This document shows positions 10,054-21,282 of a stretch of DNA of 64,000 bases, one piece after another. A model generated the notes under the pieces. It was not told the origin of the DNA and ran no database searches. It was given only the letters and a program-made list of their open reading frames with translations. Every line of letters begins with the position of its first letter. Position 1 is the first letter of the stretch. The stretch lies in NCBI GenBank assembly GCA_000004985.1, contig GG738876.1. One strand, written 5' to 3'. The position numbers and the translations under genes are program-made. Origin of the DNA: Naegleria gruberi. Its lineage: Eukaryota.

Positions 10054-11635
10054 ATGAATCAAGATGAAACTCTAGAAAATTCATCACCATCATCATCCGC
10101 TCTACCCAATTCAACTTCCGATATTAATCCTTCAGCTCCTATTATTAACAATGGTAATAAGAGTTTCTTTGCATTTGAAAAGAGTCCCATCGACATTGAT
10201 AGAGTAAAATTAATTCCAACCCAACATGTTCTCCAATCTCAAGTTTATGAAGCCATTTCCATGATGAATGATAAGAATGATTTAAATAATAACAATAATA
10301 ATAAGGAAATATTATCATCATCATTAATGTTGAAGAATTTTCCATTGTTAGAATGTATTCCACGTGTTCCGATGACAACTTCCTCTCATCAGATGGTCTA
10401 CGTTCCGAATATGAGAAGTATTTTAGTATGGGGAGGAGCAAAGGTTGAAATTAGACCTTTGGATTATAATTTATTGAGTGGAAGATATGTTAATGATGAG
10501 AATAGTGAGAAGGAGATTGGATTGAATCATTGGATTGATTCGGATGGATTGAAGATTGATGTTTCTGAAGTGAATGATAATGTCTTGTCGAGTTATTTGG
10601 ATACTTCATTCTCATGTTTGGATTTGAAGAGTGAGAAATGGGAAACTAGGATACATTGCTCTTTTAAAGAGTTTGAATCATCTATTCAAATGGAAAGTGG
10701 AAAATGATGAAAATGTGGAGACTATTTTCAATTGTTCACCAACTTCTTCAAAGACAAGTCATTCATGTATTTACAATGATAAGGATAATTTAATTTATAT
10801 TTTGGGAGGTGTTTCACATGATGTGGAACAAACATTGAAAATATTTACTTTTTCATTACAAAATAGACAGTGGACTTGTTATAATTTCAAAGATACACTC
10901 AATCCTAATATCCCTTCTCCACATTTGAAAGGTCAAGTTGCCACCTATAGACCACAAACAAACACTATCCATGTCTATGGAGGTCAATATATAGATGACT
11001 ATGAATTAATATCAAACGATTGTATTTATGTTTACAATTGCACCACTAGTAAATGGGAAAATAGGTTGGTACCAGACTTACCTATTCTAGGTCGTTCCTT
11101 TTCCACCTGTGCATATTGCAAGAAGGCAGATTCCATGTTTGTATTTGGTGGTGTTCTAAATGTTATTGGAGAATTGACCAATGAATTGTGTCAGTACAGT
11201 TTTTCAGAAAACCAATGGACTGTCTACAAATACGCCTCCTCTAAGCCAATTAAACCAGTTTATGGACATTGTATGTGCTTAATTGACGATCGTTACATGT
11301 TCATTTATGGAGGTTGTGAACAAGCATTGACACCAATTCCTTCCTCTCAGTGTATTGTTTTTGACATTCTTGCTCAGAGATGGTACGATTTGAGTGAAGT
11401 TTTACAATTATTCAATTCAGTAGAAAATCCAGCTCAGATGCCACCTCTCAATTCTTCATCAATAATTTTCGATGAAAATAGTAGAAGAATTATCATTTAC
11501 GGAGGAAATGAAATTGAAAATGGAAACAAGACTTCCAATACCAGATTTTTATTCTTACTCAAAGATGGAAATAACAATTTAGAAAATATGATTGGAAAAC
11601 CAAAACTTTCAGATGTTCTAGTGGAGACCTTATAA
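10054..11635 (+). CDS. Kelch-repeat (galactose-oxidase-like beta-propeller) protein; unresolved frame break at about 10631-10707
   Basis: Repeated hhhGG...W kelch signatures (LIYILGG, IHVYGG, MFVFGG, MFIYGG, IIIYGG). Two overlapping ORFs (10054..10707 and 10631..11635) in frames +0/+1 both carry kelch repeats; I could not place a clean GT-AG intron, so this may be a frameshift, a sequencing error or a tiny intron. Confidence 0.55.
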
Positions 11636-11712
11636 AATGTCTATTTTCTATGTGAAATTCTTGATACTTCCAGTATCCACTCGAACTTCGTTCTCATACA
11701 CAAACCAAAAAA

Positions 11713-12213
11713 ATGCCAAAACCTGCACCGAGCAGAACTAAATTAACAACATCAATCGTATCCCATCCCTATGCAAAAAAGAAGGAAGAAATTAATCAAA
11801 TCAATTCAAAAATTCAAAAACTCACCACTTTTCAGAAAAGAGTGTATGTTGCATTAACTAGAATTCCTTCGGGTCGGGTTACAACTTATGCCGGGTTGGC
11901 CAATTACTTGGATTGTAAATCGTCACAAGCAGTTGGTCAGGCATTGAAGAGAAATCCATTTGCTCCTGAAATTCCTTGTCATCGTGTTATAAAATCCAAT
12001 ACGTTTCATATTGGAGGATTTATGGGGAAAACCGAGGGAGATGAAATTGTAAAAAAGACAAGGTTATTGAAAGAGGAAGGAGTTGAATTTGATTCTAGTG
12101 GTGTGTTGATTGATAGAAAATTGATTCATTCCTTTGCAGATGATTCTGAATTGGAGAAGGATGACAAGGAGCTTGATTCACTTCTTTGTGATTTGTTAAA
12201 TTTCAAAAAATAA
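11713..12213 (+). CDS. O6-methylguanine-DNA methyltransferase (MGMT/Ogt family)
   Basis: Conserved suicide-acceptor motif IPCHRVI plus the upstream helix-turn-helix region VYVALTRIPSGRVTTYAGLA. Confidence 0.85.
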   Translation: MPKPAPSRTKLTTSIVSHPYAKKKEEINQINSKIQKLTTFQKRVYVALTRIPSGRVTTYAGLANYLDCKSSQAVGQALKRNPFAPEIPCHRVIKSNTFHIGGFMGKTEGDEIVKKTRLLKEEGVEFDSSGVLIDRKLIHSFADDSELEKDDKELDSLLCDLLNFKK

Positions 12214-12250
12214 TATTGTAAATAGATTCCAATATTTGTAAATAATTACA

Positions 12251-13326
12251 TTATTTCATTTCCATCTTTTCTTCATACTTTTTATATTCTATAATTTCGT
12301 AGAGCTCGCTTCTAGTTTGCATTGTAGAAAGTACAGGTTCAACAGTTCCATTCTTGGAAATTGATTCGTACACATTCTTTGCAGCTTTAGCCATAGCTCT
12401 AAATGCACTCAATGGGTGGAGAACCATTGAAACACCAACACTAGCCAATTCTTCTCCAGTAAACAGAGGTGTTTTACCTAAAATTTAGATATTGAAATAT
12501 TGAAATTCAAATCTTTGAAATATTCGAAATAATACTTACCAAATTCTGTAATATTGGCCAAAATTGGAACATTTACTTGCTCTACAAAGGCTTTATACTC
12601 TTCCAGAGTTGTGCATGCTTCAGGGAACAACATATCTGCACCAGCATTCACATACTGTTTTGCTCTTTCAATTGCCTTTTCCAATCCTTCAACTGCCAAC
12701 GCATCAGTTCTAGCAATAATGACAAAATCCGAATCCACCCTAGCTTCACAAGCTGCCTTAATTTTCTCCACCATTTCCTCCGTACTAACTATTTGCTTAT
12801 TAGGTAAATGTCCACAACGTTTCACACTTTGAATTTGATCCTCAATATGAATAGCTGCTACTCCAACTCGTTCCATCTCTCTTACACACCTCATCACATT
12901 CAAAACTCCTCCAAATCCTTTTTCAAAATTAATATTTATTTCCATTCAATATAAATATAATATTAAATATAATATAATAAATATAATAATTAAAATATCA
13001 ATTCCATAAAAACACATACCAGTATCCACATCCACAAGTAATGGCAAATTAGTACATGATGTAATTCTCCTTGCATCCTCCAAAACATCACTCAAATTAG
13101 TCATTCCCATGTCTGGTAATCCAAAACTAGCTGTGGCCACACCACTTCCACTCAAATAAATTGCCTGATGACCACATTCTTCTGCTAACAAGGCTGTAAA
13201 TGCATTGATGGTTCCGACAATGTGGAGTGGTTGTTTATTGTTTTGGTTTTGGTTTTGGAGGGAAAGTTTGAATTTCTTCCCTGGAGAGAGTTTGGTAGAG
13301 GGTGATTGGCAAATTGTGTTGAGCAT
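12251..13326 (-). CDS. 2-methylisocitrate lyase, bacterial PrpB type (ICL/PEP-mutase superfamily); 3 exons
   Basis: Exons 13326..13020, 12917..12540, 12477..12251 (minus). Introns 13019..12918 (102 nt, GTATGT...AAAAAG) and 12539..12478 (62 nt, GTAAGT...TTTTAG). The spliced protein aligns end to end with PrpB: IVGTINAF...[10 protein letters not shown]...LLVDVDTG|FGG...EDQ...KRCGH...IARTDA...ANITEFGK|TPLFT...MQTR.ELY. Confidence 0.85.
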
Positions 13327-13854
13327 TTTTTTTTTGGTTTTGGAAATTTGGAATTGTTTTGAATTTCGAATAGAGGAATCGCTTAATATTTGGAGGATTA
13401 TTTGGTCAATATTCTTGAGGTTAATGAGAAGTGTTGAATTAATAAAGTTAGCTCTTAAAATTTATTCTATTTGTTTCAAGTTCTTGTTTGAACTATGTGA
13501 GGATTAGGATACGAATTTGATGTGGTGCTGTTTTAAACATAAATTCTTATTGGAAAGTTGTTTGATTTAATCAGAAAGGTCAATTGCTAAATTTTGGGTT
13601 TCCGATAGCCAAATTGTGGATTCGAATAGACTTCCTAGACCTGTAAGAACATGGCGACGAACTCTATAGAATTCCATTCCCTCTCCAAGCTCAAGTTCTG
13701 TGCGCTACATGACAACATGTGAAAGAAACTTACTGCAATAAAAACCTTCATATCTGCGTACATTTCGTACCAATAGAAAGAAAACTAAACCAATTTCCAA
13801 ACACCCAAAAAAAAACGAAACAAACTCTCAAGAACCCAACAACAAATTCTCAAA

Positions 13855-15183
13855 ATGAATCATCTTAAACGATTGATTGTTTTGGCTCTTGTAGTTGTAC
13901 TCATGTTTGTCGTCTCACTTTCACATGCTCAAGACGAACAACAGGAAAACAACAATAAGAGACCACCAAGACCTTTACCTTCAGGTAGACCACCAAGACC
14001 ACATCCAGATCATTCTGGAGGGCGACCACCTCGCCCATTCCCATCTGGAGGAAGACCACCACGTCCAGATCATTCAGGAAGAAGACCAAGACCAGATCAT
14101 TCTGGTGAGAGACCACATCCACCAGGTCCACAACCAGATCATTCAGGAAGAAGACCACCAAGACCTGGTCCACATCCTGGTCAATCAGGATTACCACCAC
14201 GTTCTGATGAACAAGATGGTCAAAGTGAAAATAGACCTCGTCCACCAAGACCTCATCCAGAACGTTCAGGTGAAAGACCACATCCAAGACCTTTCCCATC
14301 TGGAGGTAGACCACCAAGACCAGACCACTCAGGAAGAAGACCAGGTCCACATCCAGATCATTCTGGAAGACCACCTCGTCCACATCCAAGACCAGAACCA
14401 TCTTCTGAAGATGACGAACACTCTGATAGACTTGAACAAGGAAACAGACCTCGTCCACCAAGACCAGATCGTTCAGGTTTGCCACCTCGTCCATTCCCAT
14501 CTGGAGGAAGACCACCAAGACCAGATCATTCAGGAAGAAGACCACATCCAAGACCTGAACACTCTGGTGAGAGACCACATCCAAGACCAGCTCACTCTGG
14601 TGAAAGACCACCAAGACCAGATCATTCAGGAAGAAGACCAAGACCAGGTCCACAACCAGACCAATCGGGAAGACCACCTCGTCCTTATCCAGAACATTCT
14701 GGTGAAAGACCAGGCCCACGTCCTCAACCACAAGAATCAACTTCATCCTTAATAGGTGAAAGACCACCAAGACCTGATAGATCTGGAAGACCACCTCGTC
14801 CATTCCCATCTGGAGGCAGACCACCAAGACCAGGCCCATCTGGAGGAAGACCAGGTCCTGGACCAGGTCCACAACCTGATGTTTCATCTGTTGAAGATCC
14901 ACTCATTGATGCTCAAAATAATACCAAGAATGAAATTCCAAATGGACCATCCAATGGTTCTGATGCTTTGGCCATTGTCTTTGGTGTTATTGGTGCAATT
15001 GTTGTCATGGCTGCTATTGCTCTTGTCATTGGAAGTGGAATTGCTGTTTTTGTTTTGAAGAAGAAGGGTTATTCACTCTCATTGAAGAAACATCAAATGT
15101 TGAGAGATGAAGACGAATTTGAATATCCACAACAAGACCAAACTCCAATTTACTCTGTCAATCAACCAGTTGCTCAAAATTAG
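13855..15183 (+). CDS. Pro/Arg/His-rich tandem-repeat type I membrane protein (extensin/mucin-like)
   Basis: Signal peptide MNHLKRLIVLALVVVLMFVVSLSHA; about 25 degenerate units of RPPRPDHSG(R/E)RP; C-terminal TM IVFGVIGAIVVMAAIALVIGSGIAVFVL and cytoplasmic tail. Antisense ORF 13901..14902 is a repeat artefact. Confidence 0.75.
   Translation: MNHLKRLIVLALVVVLMFVVSLSHAQDEQQENNNKRPPRPLPSGRPPRPHPDHSGGRPPRPFPSGGRPPRPDHSGRRPRPDHSGERPHPPGPQPDHSGRRPPRPGPHPGQSGLPPRSDEQDGQSENRPRPPRPHPERSGERPHPRPFPSGGRPPRPDHSGRRPGPHPDHSGRPPRPHPRPEPSSEDDEHSDRLEQGNRPRPPRPDRSGLPPRPFPSGGRPPRPDHSGRRPHPRPEHSGERPHPRPAHSGERPPRPDHSGRRPRPGPQPDQSGRPPRPYPEHSGERPGPRPQPQESTSSLIGERPPRPDRSGRPPRPFPSGGRPPRPGPSGGRPGPGPGPQPDVSSVEDPLIDAQNNTKNEIPNGPSNGSDALAIVFGVIGAIVVMAAIALVIGSGIAVFVLKKKGYSLSLKKHQMLRDEDEFEYPQQDQTPIYSVNQPVAQN
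13960..14880 (+). repeat. Coding tandem repeat array (27-36 nt units encoding RPPRPDHSGRRP)
   Basis: Recurring agaccaccaagaccagatcattcaggaagaagacca-like units are visible directly in the sequence. Confidence 0.8.
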
Positions 15184-15579
15184 GTTCAATTTAAGTTTTT
15201 CAAAGATTATCGAGCGATAATAACACATTAATTTGCACTACTCTAAAGTGTGCATTCTCTCCTTGTGAGTACAAATTTACAAAATAAATACATTATTTCA
15301 TTGGTAAATTGATTGGTCTGAAAACTTAATTGTAATCTTTCCTTTATTAAAATCTCAAAGTAAAATTCCAACATCATCAATTTAAAAAATTGTCGTTAGA
15401 GCTCCTTCTCTTTGTTCATCATCATCAGTAATAATAATACTTGTGCGTTGAGAAGAATTGTTCTTTTGGTGGATCATCACAATTTGACTTGAGGAATTTA
15501 AATTATCTTTCACAAACAATTCAACGTTTTGATTAAACCTATTGCTTTTTTGTATATTTGTGGAACATTAGGTATTAGG

Positions 15580-17409
15580 ATGAAGAATAGTTATTCCACA
15601 TCAACGAGTGGTGGAATTTTATATAGTTCCGAATTTATTCAAGTTAATTTAGCTGCTGATGCAAAGGGTGATGAAGAAAATGGTTTTCAACCCAAGGCTG
15701 CATGTGTCTCTTGTAGAAAGCTACATCGTCGATGCTCAAAGGAATTTCCGAAATGCTCTGAATGTGTTACTCATCACAGAAAGTGTATTTACATGGATAC
15801 AAAAACAAAAGAAAGAAATCTAGCCTCATCATCATCAACAGATCGCACTACTAGTAGAGATAGTAGGGGTAATAACCAGAATAATAATAACAGCAAACGA
15901 TCAATGAGGAGAGCAGCGTCTACAATTGAAGAACCTCAAATTGCAATCACAGAGGGACTAATTAAGAAAAGTATCAAGAGACAAACGTTCAATGTCTATA
16001 TGGACTTGGTTTGTATGGGACTACCATTCATTACCCCTCAAAATTTTGAAAACATGCTCTTTTCTGAGAATATTCTGAATCAAAACACTAATGCAACCAG
16101 TATTAAGGCATTATTTCTATCAATACAGTCATTGTGTGATCAACGGTTTGGAAGAAGGGATGCTGCTATTGCTGCCTTCAATGAAGCAAAAAGTGAGCTA
16201 CATCAAGTTTTTGAAGATTACGATAACTATCTAAATATTTGTACATATAATAATTTAGCTTACTTTTCTGGTGCTGAGGGAGAGGATCAAATGTCACAAT
16301 GGTTCATGTCACCAGTAGAGTATTACCTATCAAAATATTCTGAATTGAATTTTAATTCCCATAACGAGCTGATAGGACTTGCCTTTGAAAATTTGAACAA
16401 AGGGAGTGGAATAACTAAATTATTTTATTTTGATAATAGATACAAATGGACAAGTCTCACTTTTGGAGATTATATAGGAATACCTTTCAAGTTATCTACT
16501 GGGAAAAGATTACCTCCTGAATTGAAGCAATTGGTGGATCGTGATTTGAATGAAAACACAGCACAAGCTGAGTCAGCAGTTCTTCAATGCATTCTTCAAT
16601 TTATGAAACAACACCATCAAAAGCTTGTGCATTCACCTGGTTTTCTCAACTTGTCTCGCATAGTGGATGTATCTAGTTTTACCAAAACAAGAATAGAATC
16701 ACTCCGAGTACTCTATTCAAAAGCAAATAGCCAAGAAAAGAGAGAGTTATTTTTCAAAGAAATGCTCAATCTTGCAAATACGACTACTGAACTAAGCAAG
16801 GATGATCTATTCCCATACATTTTACCTACCAATATTTTTGGTTTTGCTCTAGCTGCAGAAATTCATTTGGAAGCATTGTCTAATTTTTCTCATTTAGTAT
16901 CTGTTAGCGAAATTTTAGGGCATCTCAAACAAGATTTCCTAGCCCTTACTGTCCTTGCAAGGAAATATGGAAGAGTGCAGAAAGTTTATGGGTACATCTA
17001 TGATGAAATTCAGTCGGTATTGTTAAATAATGGAGTTCCTGCTGAAGAGTTATTGAACCTCATTTCTAATAATTCATTCAAAACACCATCTACCCCTAAA
17101 TTATATCCCCCTATTACTGTAAATAATCAAACCCATACAATTTCTCCCACCAACAACTCAACAGATCAAGTTATAACTTCTGAAAACTCTTCGCCCACTT
17201 CTGAAAATGTATCAAAGAAGAAGGATTTTCCATCGGCAGCTTTTCTTAATAATACGCTTCGTAATTTCAAGAAAACAATTTCCAACCAAGAAATTTGCAC
17301 GATAACTCCTCGAAGTTCTACAACATCAGATAGCCCAATTAATGAGGAAGAAATATCCTGCTTGAAAAATCAAACACTCTCAATACTGCAACAAACATTT
17401 TCAAAATAA
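15580..17409 (+). CDS. Zn(2)Cys6 (Gal4-type) transcription factor
   Basis: CVSCRKLHRRCSKEFPKCSECVTHHRKC gives the CX2CX6CX7CX2CX6C spacing. First in-frame ATG is at 15580; the track start at 15529 is non-ATG. Confidence 0.75.
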   Translation: MKNSYSTSTSGGILYSSEFIQVNLAADAKGDEENGFQPKAACVSCRKLHRRCSKEFPKCSECVTHHRKCIYMDTKTKERNLASSSSTDRTTSRDSRGNNQNNNNSKRSMRRAASTIEEPQIAITEGLIKKSIKRQTFNVYMDLVCMGLPFITPQNFENMLFSENILNQNTNATSIKALFLSIQSLCDQRFGRRDAAIAAFNEAKSELHQVFEDYDNYLNICTYNNLAYFSGAEGEDQMSQWFMSPVEYYLSKYSELNFNSHNELIGLAFENLNKGSGITKLFYFDNRYKWTSLTFGDYIGIPFKLSTGKRLPPELKQLVDRDLNENTAQAESAVLQCILQFMKQHHQKLVHSPGFLNLSRIVDVSSFTKTRIESLRVLYSKANSQEKRELFFKEMLNLANTTTELSKDDLFPYILPTNIFGFALAAEIHLEALSNFSHLVSVSEILGHLKQDFLALTVLARKYGRVQKVYGYIYDEIQSVLLNNGVPAEELLNLISNNSFKTPSTPKLYPPITVNNQTHTISPTNNSTDQVITSENSSPTSENVSKKKDFPSAAFLNNTLRNFKKTISNQEICTITPRSSTTSDSPINEEEISCLKNQTLSILQQTFSK

Positions 17410-18062
17410 TTCATGAAATAATACACCAAGTGACTTGATACATGATTGGTTTCAAGTTGGAGATTTGGAAAAGGAAAGAGAATATGATATTTAAAATAAT
17501 TCTTCCAACAAAATTCTCAGCAACTCATCCCTTCCCTTCTTGTCCAATATAACAAGAGAAAAAGTTTTTGCTGATTTCAGCAAGGAATTGAATTGGAACG
17601 CACGTTTAAAGCTAAAGAAAATTCTATTCCATAGATTATTGTAAAATGTTTTCAATTATACTCTTAATAAAACAAAACTCAAACTGGACCACCCTTTACA
17701 AAATCTTCACAACCTGTACAAAGATTCTCTCTCCTGAATTTCCCGTTGATGTCCTTCAAGCAATTTTTCAGCGATTGGCGACGGAAAATTAAAATCTAAA
17801 CATCGAAAAAAAAAATTCTCTCTCGTTGATTCTGTGTTTTCATCAATCATCACATTATCATTTTGTGCGGAGAGGATATCATCAAGAACAATAACAACAA
17901 CATCATTTCTCTCTCTGTGTGTGTAGACAAAGTAGAACAGGAGAAGATTTTATAGTAACAAAACCCGACGAGTGATTTTGATATCATCACGAAAGATTGT
18001 ATTTTCGATATTATACATCATCAATATAATTTATATAGTAGTACTACATTATTTAAATAAGA

Positions 18063-20207
18063 ATGCCTGCAACACACTCAAAAGTAGAATTGCCAACCAA
18101 GAGTGATTATTGGCTTGAACAAATGATTCTTGATATGATTCATTCGTTTGATGGACTCACCGCTAGGAAAGTACTCACAAGTAAATATACATACATTGCA
18201 ATTGCACTTGCTGTTGCTGTCAAGTTTGGTTCATCCTACTTGTTAAAAAAGAAGAAGAAGAATTTACCAGCACACAACAAACCACGTTCCTCAAATACAT
18301 CAAAAGATTCCACTTTGAAAAAGTTCTGGAGTTTGGTTAAAATTGGTCTTTTTAATCCAAATGGAGCAGGAAATTCTAGTGCAATGAAATATAAAACAGA
18401 TCCTGCCAATGGAAGAGAAATATGGATTATGGTTGGCCTTGCTTCCCTTGTTATCTTCCAAACATATATTGTTAATAGAAACAACAGTGTCAGTGGTGAC
18501 TTGATGGCTAGTTTAGTTGCCAGAGATTCTGCAACTTGTATTTATAGATTACTCCAAATTACAGGTATTTTAATCTTACAATCTCTGGTCAATCCATCCG
18601 TTACATCACTTATTGAAACACTTGCTTTGAGAATGAGAAAGAATTTGACTATGGATATTCATGATCGTTATTATACAGATATGGTTTACTATAAGATTTT
18701 GAATTTGGATAAGAGAGTTGGTGCTCCAGATCAAAGAATTACTCAAGATGTTGAAGTTTTCTGCAAACAATTCTCTGAATTATTTATGGATCTCTTGAAT
18801 CCAATTGTAGAAGTTTTATTGTATACTTACGAGCTTACTAGATTGATTGGTTCTGGTGGTCCACTCAGTATTATTTCATATGTCGTCATTGCCTTTGGTG
18901 TTTTGGGTATGGTCACACCAAACTTTACAAAGATGTCATCTGAAGTTCAAAATAAGGAAGGTAAATTCAGATCCATTCACAATAGATGTAAGAATAATGC
19001 CGAACTTGTTGCCTTCTATGCTGGTGAAGAAACTGAACGTTTGAAGATTGAAAAACAATTCGAAGAATTGACATCATACAGTGACTATGTCATTAACAAG
19101 AATTTCTTATTCGGTGTTGTTAATGATTACTTTACCAAATATTCTCCTCATGCTGTTACCTCAGTCATTGTTGGTATTCCAGTCTTCTTTGGTAGATTAC
19201 GTCCATTGCCAAAGGACAAACTTATGGGTCAATTGAGATATTTAATCTCTGTTGTTGCATTTGAATTCTTTGCTTTGGGTAAAATCATTGAACTTTTCAG
19301 AAAGATTTTGAAATTGTCAGGTATGACACAACGTGTCCACTTGTTGTATCAAGTCATGGATGAACTCAAGCATGGTAACTCTGATAATGTTAACTTTAAG
19401 TTAAAGTCTGCCAAGGCTGGTGGTTCAGGAGGTGAAATTCTTGAAAGTGATGAAATCAAATTTGACAATGTCATTATCAGAACACCAGATAATATTACAT
19501 TGGCTCGTAATTTATCTTTCAATGTTGGTAAGAATCAACACATTGTTATTACTGGTCCAAATGGAGCTGGTAAATCATCATTGTTTAGAATTTTGGGTTC
19601 TTTGTGGCCTCTTCACAGTGGTATTGTCTACAAACCACAAGCTAAGGGTTCAAATGCTCAAGGTTTGCACAAGGAAATCTTCTACTTACCTCAAAAGCCA
19701 TACAATGTTATTGGATCTCTTCGTAGTCAAATTATCTATCCTGATACGCAATTGAAGGATGGATGGAAAGATTCTAATTTGAAGGAACTTTTGGATGACT
19801 TTAGTATTGGTTATTTGGCAGGACGTCACTCAGATGGATTTGATGGTAAACAAGATTGGGACACCTTGTCAAGAGGTGAACAACAAAAATTGGCCATGGT
19901 TCGTCTTTTCTACCACAAGCCAAAGTATGCCATTTTGGACGAATGTACCTCATGTATTTCTGCCGACTCTGAACAAGAATTATACGGAAGATGTGCCAAG
20001 AATGGTATTACTTGTATCACTATTTCACACAGACCAGCCCTCGAAAAGTATCACACTCAAAGACTTGTTTTCAATGGTATGGGTGGTTGGAAATGGGAAG
20101 CCATTAAGGAATGGACTGAAGAAAGTTCTAGTTATGAAGTTAAGGGTGAAGATAATACATTCCGTGACGATAAGGAAGAGGAAGCTGTTGAAGCAACCAA
20201 AGAATAA
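18063..20207 (+). CDS. ABC transporter, subfamily D (peroxisomal-type half transporter)
   Basis: N-terminal TMD then NBD with Walker A GPNGAGKSS, ABC signature LSRGEQQKLAMVRLFYHKPKYAILDEC and ABCD-specific C-terminal region. Confidence 0.85.
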   Translation: MPATHSKVELPTKSDYWLEQMILDMIHSFDGLTARKVLTSKYTYIAIALAVAVKFGSSYLLKKKKKNLPAHNKPRSSNTSKDSTLKKFWSLVKIGLFNPNGAGNSSAMKYKTDPANGREIWIMVGLASLVIFQTYIVNRNNSVSGDLMASLVARDSATCIYRLLQITGILILQSLVNPSVTSLIETLALRMRKNLTMDIHDRYYTDMVYYKILNLDKRVGAPDQRITQDVEVFCKQFSELFMDLLNPIVEVLLYTYELTRLIGSGGPLSIISYVVIAFGVLGMVTPNFTKMSSEVQNKEGKFRSIHNRCKNNAELVAFYAGEETERLKIEKQFEELTSYSDYVINKNFLFGVVNDYFTKYSPHAVTSVIVGIPVFFGRLRPLPKDKLMGQLRYLISVVAFEFFALGKIIELFRKILKLSGMTQRVHLLYQVMDELKHGNSDNVNFKLKSAKAGGSGGEILESDEIKFDNVIIRTPDNITLARNLSFNVGKNQHIVITGPNGAGKSSLFRILGSLWPLHSGIVYKPQAKGSNAQGLHKEIFYLPQKPYNVIGSLRSQIIYPDTQLKDGWKDSNLKELLDDFSIGYLAGRHSDGFDGKQDWDTLSRGEQQKLAMVRLFYHKPKYAILDECTSCISADSEQELYGRCAKNGITCITISHRPALEKYHTQRLVFNGMGGWKWEAIKEWTEESSSYEVKGEDNTFRDDKEEEAVEATKE

Positions 20208-20235
20208 CTCGATTCAAAAAATACAATTAAATTAT

Positions 20236-21282
20236 TTATTTCAAATTCTCCAATTCATCGAGTGGGATATCCTCCTCATAAATATCTCGATTTCTCTTCT
20301 TTCCAGTTTCTTCGATTTCCAATGAAAAATCAGCATCAAGAGCAGCATTAGGTGAAGTCAATTGAGCAATTTCATCCTCATCATTTTGTTTTGGAATTGT
20401 CTTAATCTCGAGTAATTTGGTCTTTGGAGCTGCTTGTTGCTTCTTAGGTTTGTGGGTTCTATTATTGAGCTTTGTTTCAACAATCGAAAGCTTGTTTGCA
20501 GTTTCATTCATATGAGAAACAACTCCATTCTTCAAATTTTGTAAATCAGTAACACTAACATTTCTACCAAACGTTTCCTCGCAAGATTTTAACAATGCCT
20601 CTTCTGCTTCCAGACCAGAAGAAGCATTTGTTGATAAAATATTTCCAAATGAGCAAATATATGATTCTAAAACATCTGTCAGCACATTGAGGGCACCTGC
20701 TTTAGCTCCTTCAAATCCTTCATGACATAAAATCATTGATGTAATGCAACTGAGAGCAGAATGTGCATTCTCTTTGGAAAGATTTTGCTCTAACATTTCA
20801 TCTGGGCTCGAACTACTAGCTGAACCTTCAGAGCTTGCACTTACTGCTTTAAGGGGAATGAGAAGGTTCTTTTTCTTTTCTCTTAATTGAATAATCTTAT
20901 CTACATTTTGTTTAACTAGAGTATTGCTTGGCGAATAAATAAATGTGTCATCTTCATTGGAAATGGATGAGATTTGTTTCTTTCCTGGTGGTGGTGGACT
21001 TGTTGGCTCTCTACTCATTTGCAATGTTTGCAATAAATTATTACTTCCACTATTGCAAGAATTTTTGAGAATAGTTTGGGCCAAGTTCTGAAGTTTTGGT
21101 TCCTGTTGAGCTTTGTGAGATTGGCTATATATTTTCTTAATGGTTGACACATCTCGTAATCCCAATTTATATCCTAGATTGGAAATTATACTTAATTGTT
21201 GTTTTGCAAAATCTTTTGAGTTGTTTCGTGTTGCTATCGATGTTAAATGTGAATTTGAGAGACTTTCACCATAATCTGGCAA
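20236..21282 (-). CDS. Histone-fold (Bromo_TP/TAF8-like) protein with S/N-rich N-terminus
   Basis: The segment AHSALSCITSMILCHEGFEGAKAGALNVLTDVLESYICSFG resembles the TAF8/Bromo_TP histone fold (AL..LTDLLQSYI). Track start is TTG; the true N-terminus is uncertain. Confidence 0.4.
   Translation of the reverse strand: MPDYGESLSNSHLTSIATRNNSKDFAKQQLSIISNLGYKLGLRDVSTIKKIYSQSHKAQQEPKLQNLAQTILKNSCNSGSNNLLQTLQMSREPTSPPPPGKKQISSISNEDDTFIYSPSNTLVKQNVDKIIQLREKKKNLLIPLKAVSASSEGSASSSSPDEMLEQNLSKENAHSALSCITSMILCHEGFEGAKAGALNVLTDVLESYICSFGNILSTNASSGLEAEEALLKSCEETFGRNVSVTDLQNLKNGVVSHMNETANKLSIVETKLNNRTHKPKKQQAAPKTKLLEIKTIPKQNDEDEIAQLTSPNAALDADFSLEIEETGKKRNRDIYEEDIPLDELENLK

Noticed and set aside
13901-14902. 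333-aa ORF antisense to the Pro-rich repeat gene (and its companions 13895..14752, 14724..14906)
   Set aside because: This is an artefact of the periodic, stop-poor repeat DNA. The sense strand has a signal peptide, TM and coherent repeat protein, while the antisense translation is low-complexity Val/Leu/Asp/Gln with no start context.
15529-15579. Track-supplied N-terminal extension MIKPIAFLYICGTLGIR of the Zn2Cys6 ORF (and similar non-ATG 'M' starts at 23252, 24714, 29033, 32139, 41199, 47806-region)
   Set aside because: The ORF finder evidently accepts TTG/GTG starts. For a eukaryotic nuclear gene I used the first in-frame ATG, or the splice-derived frame, instead.
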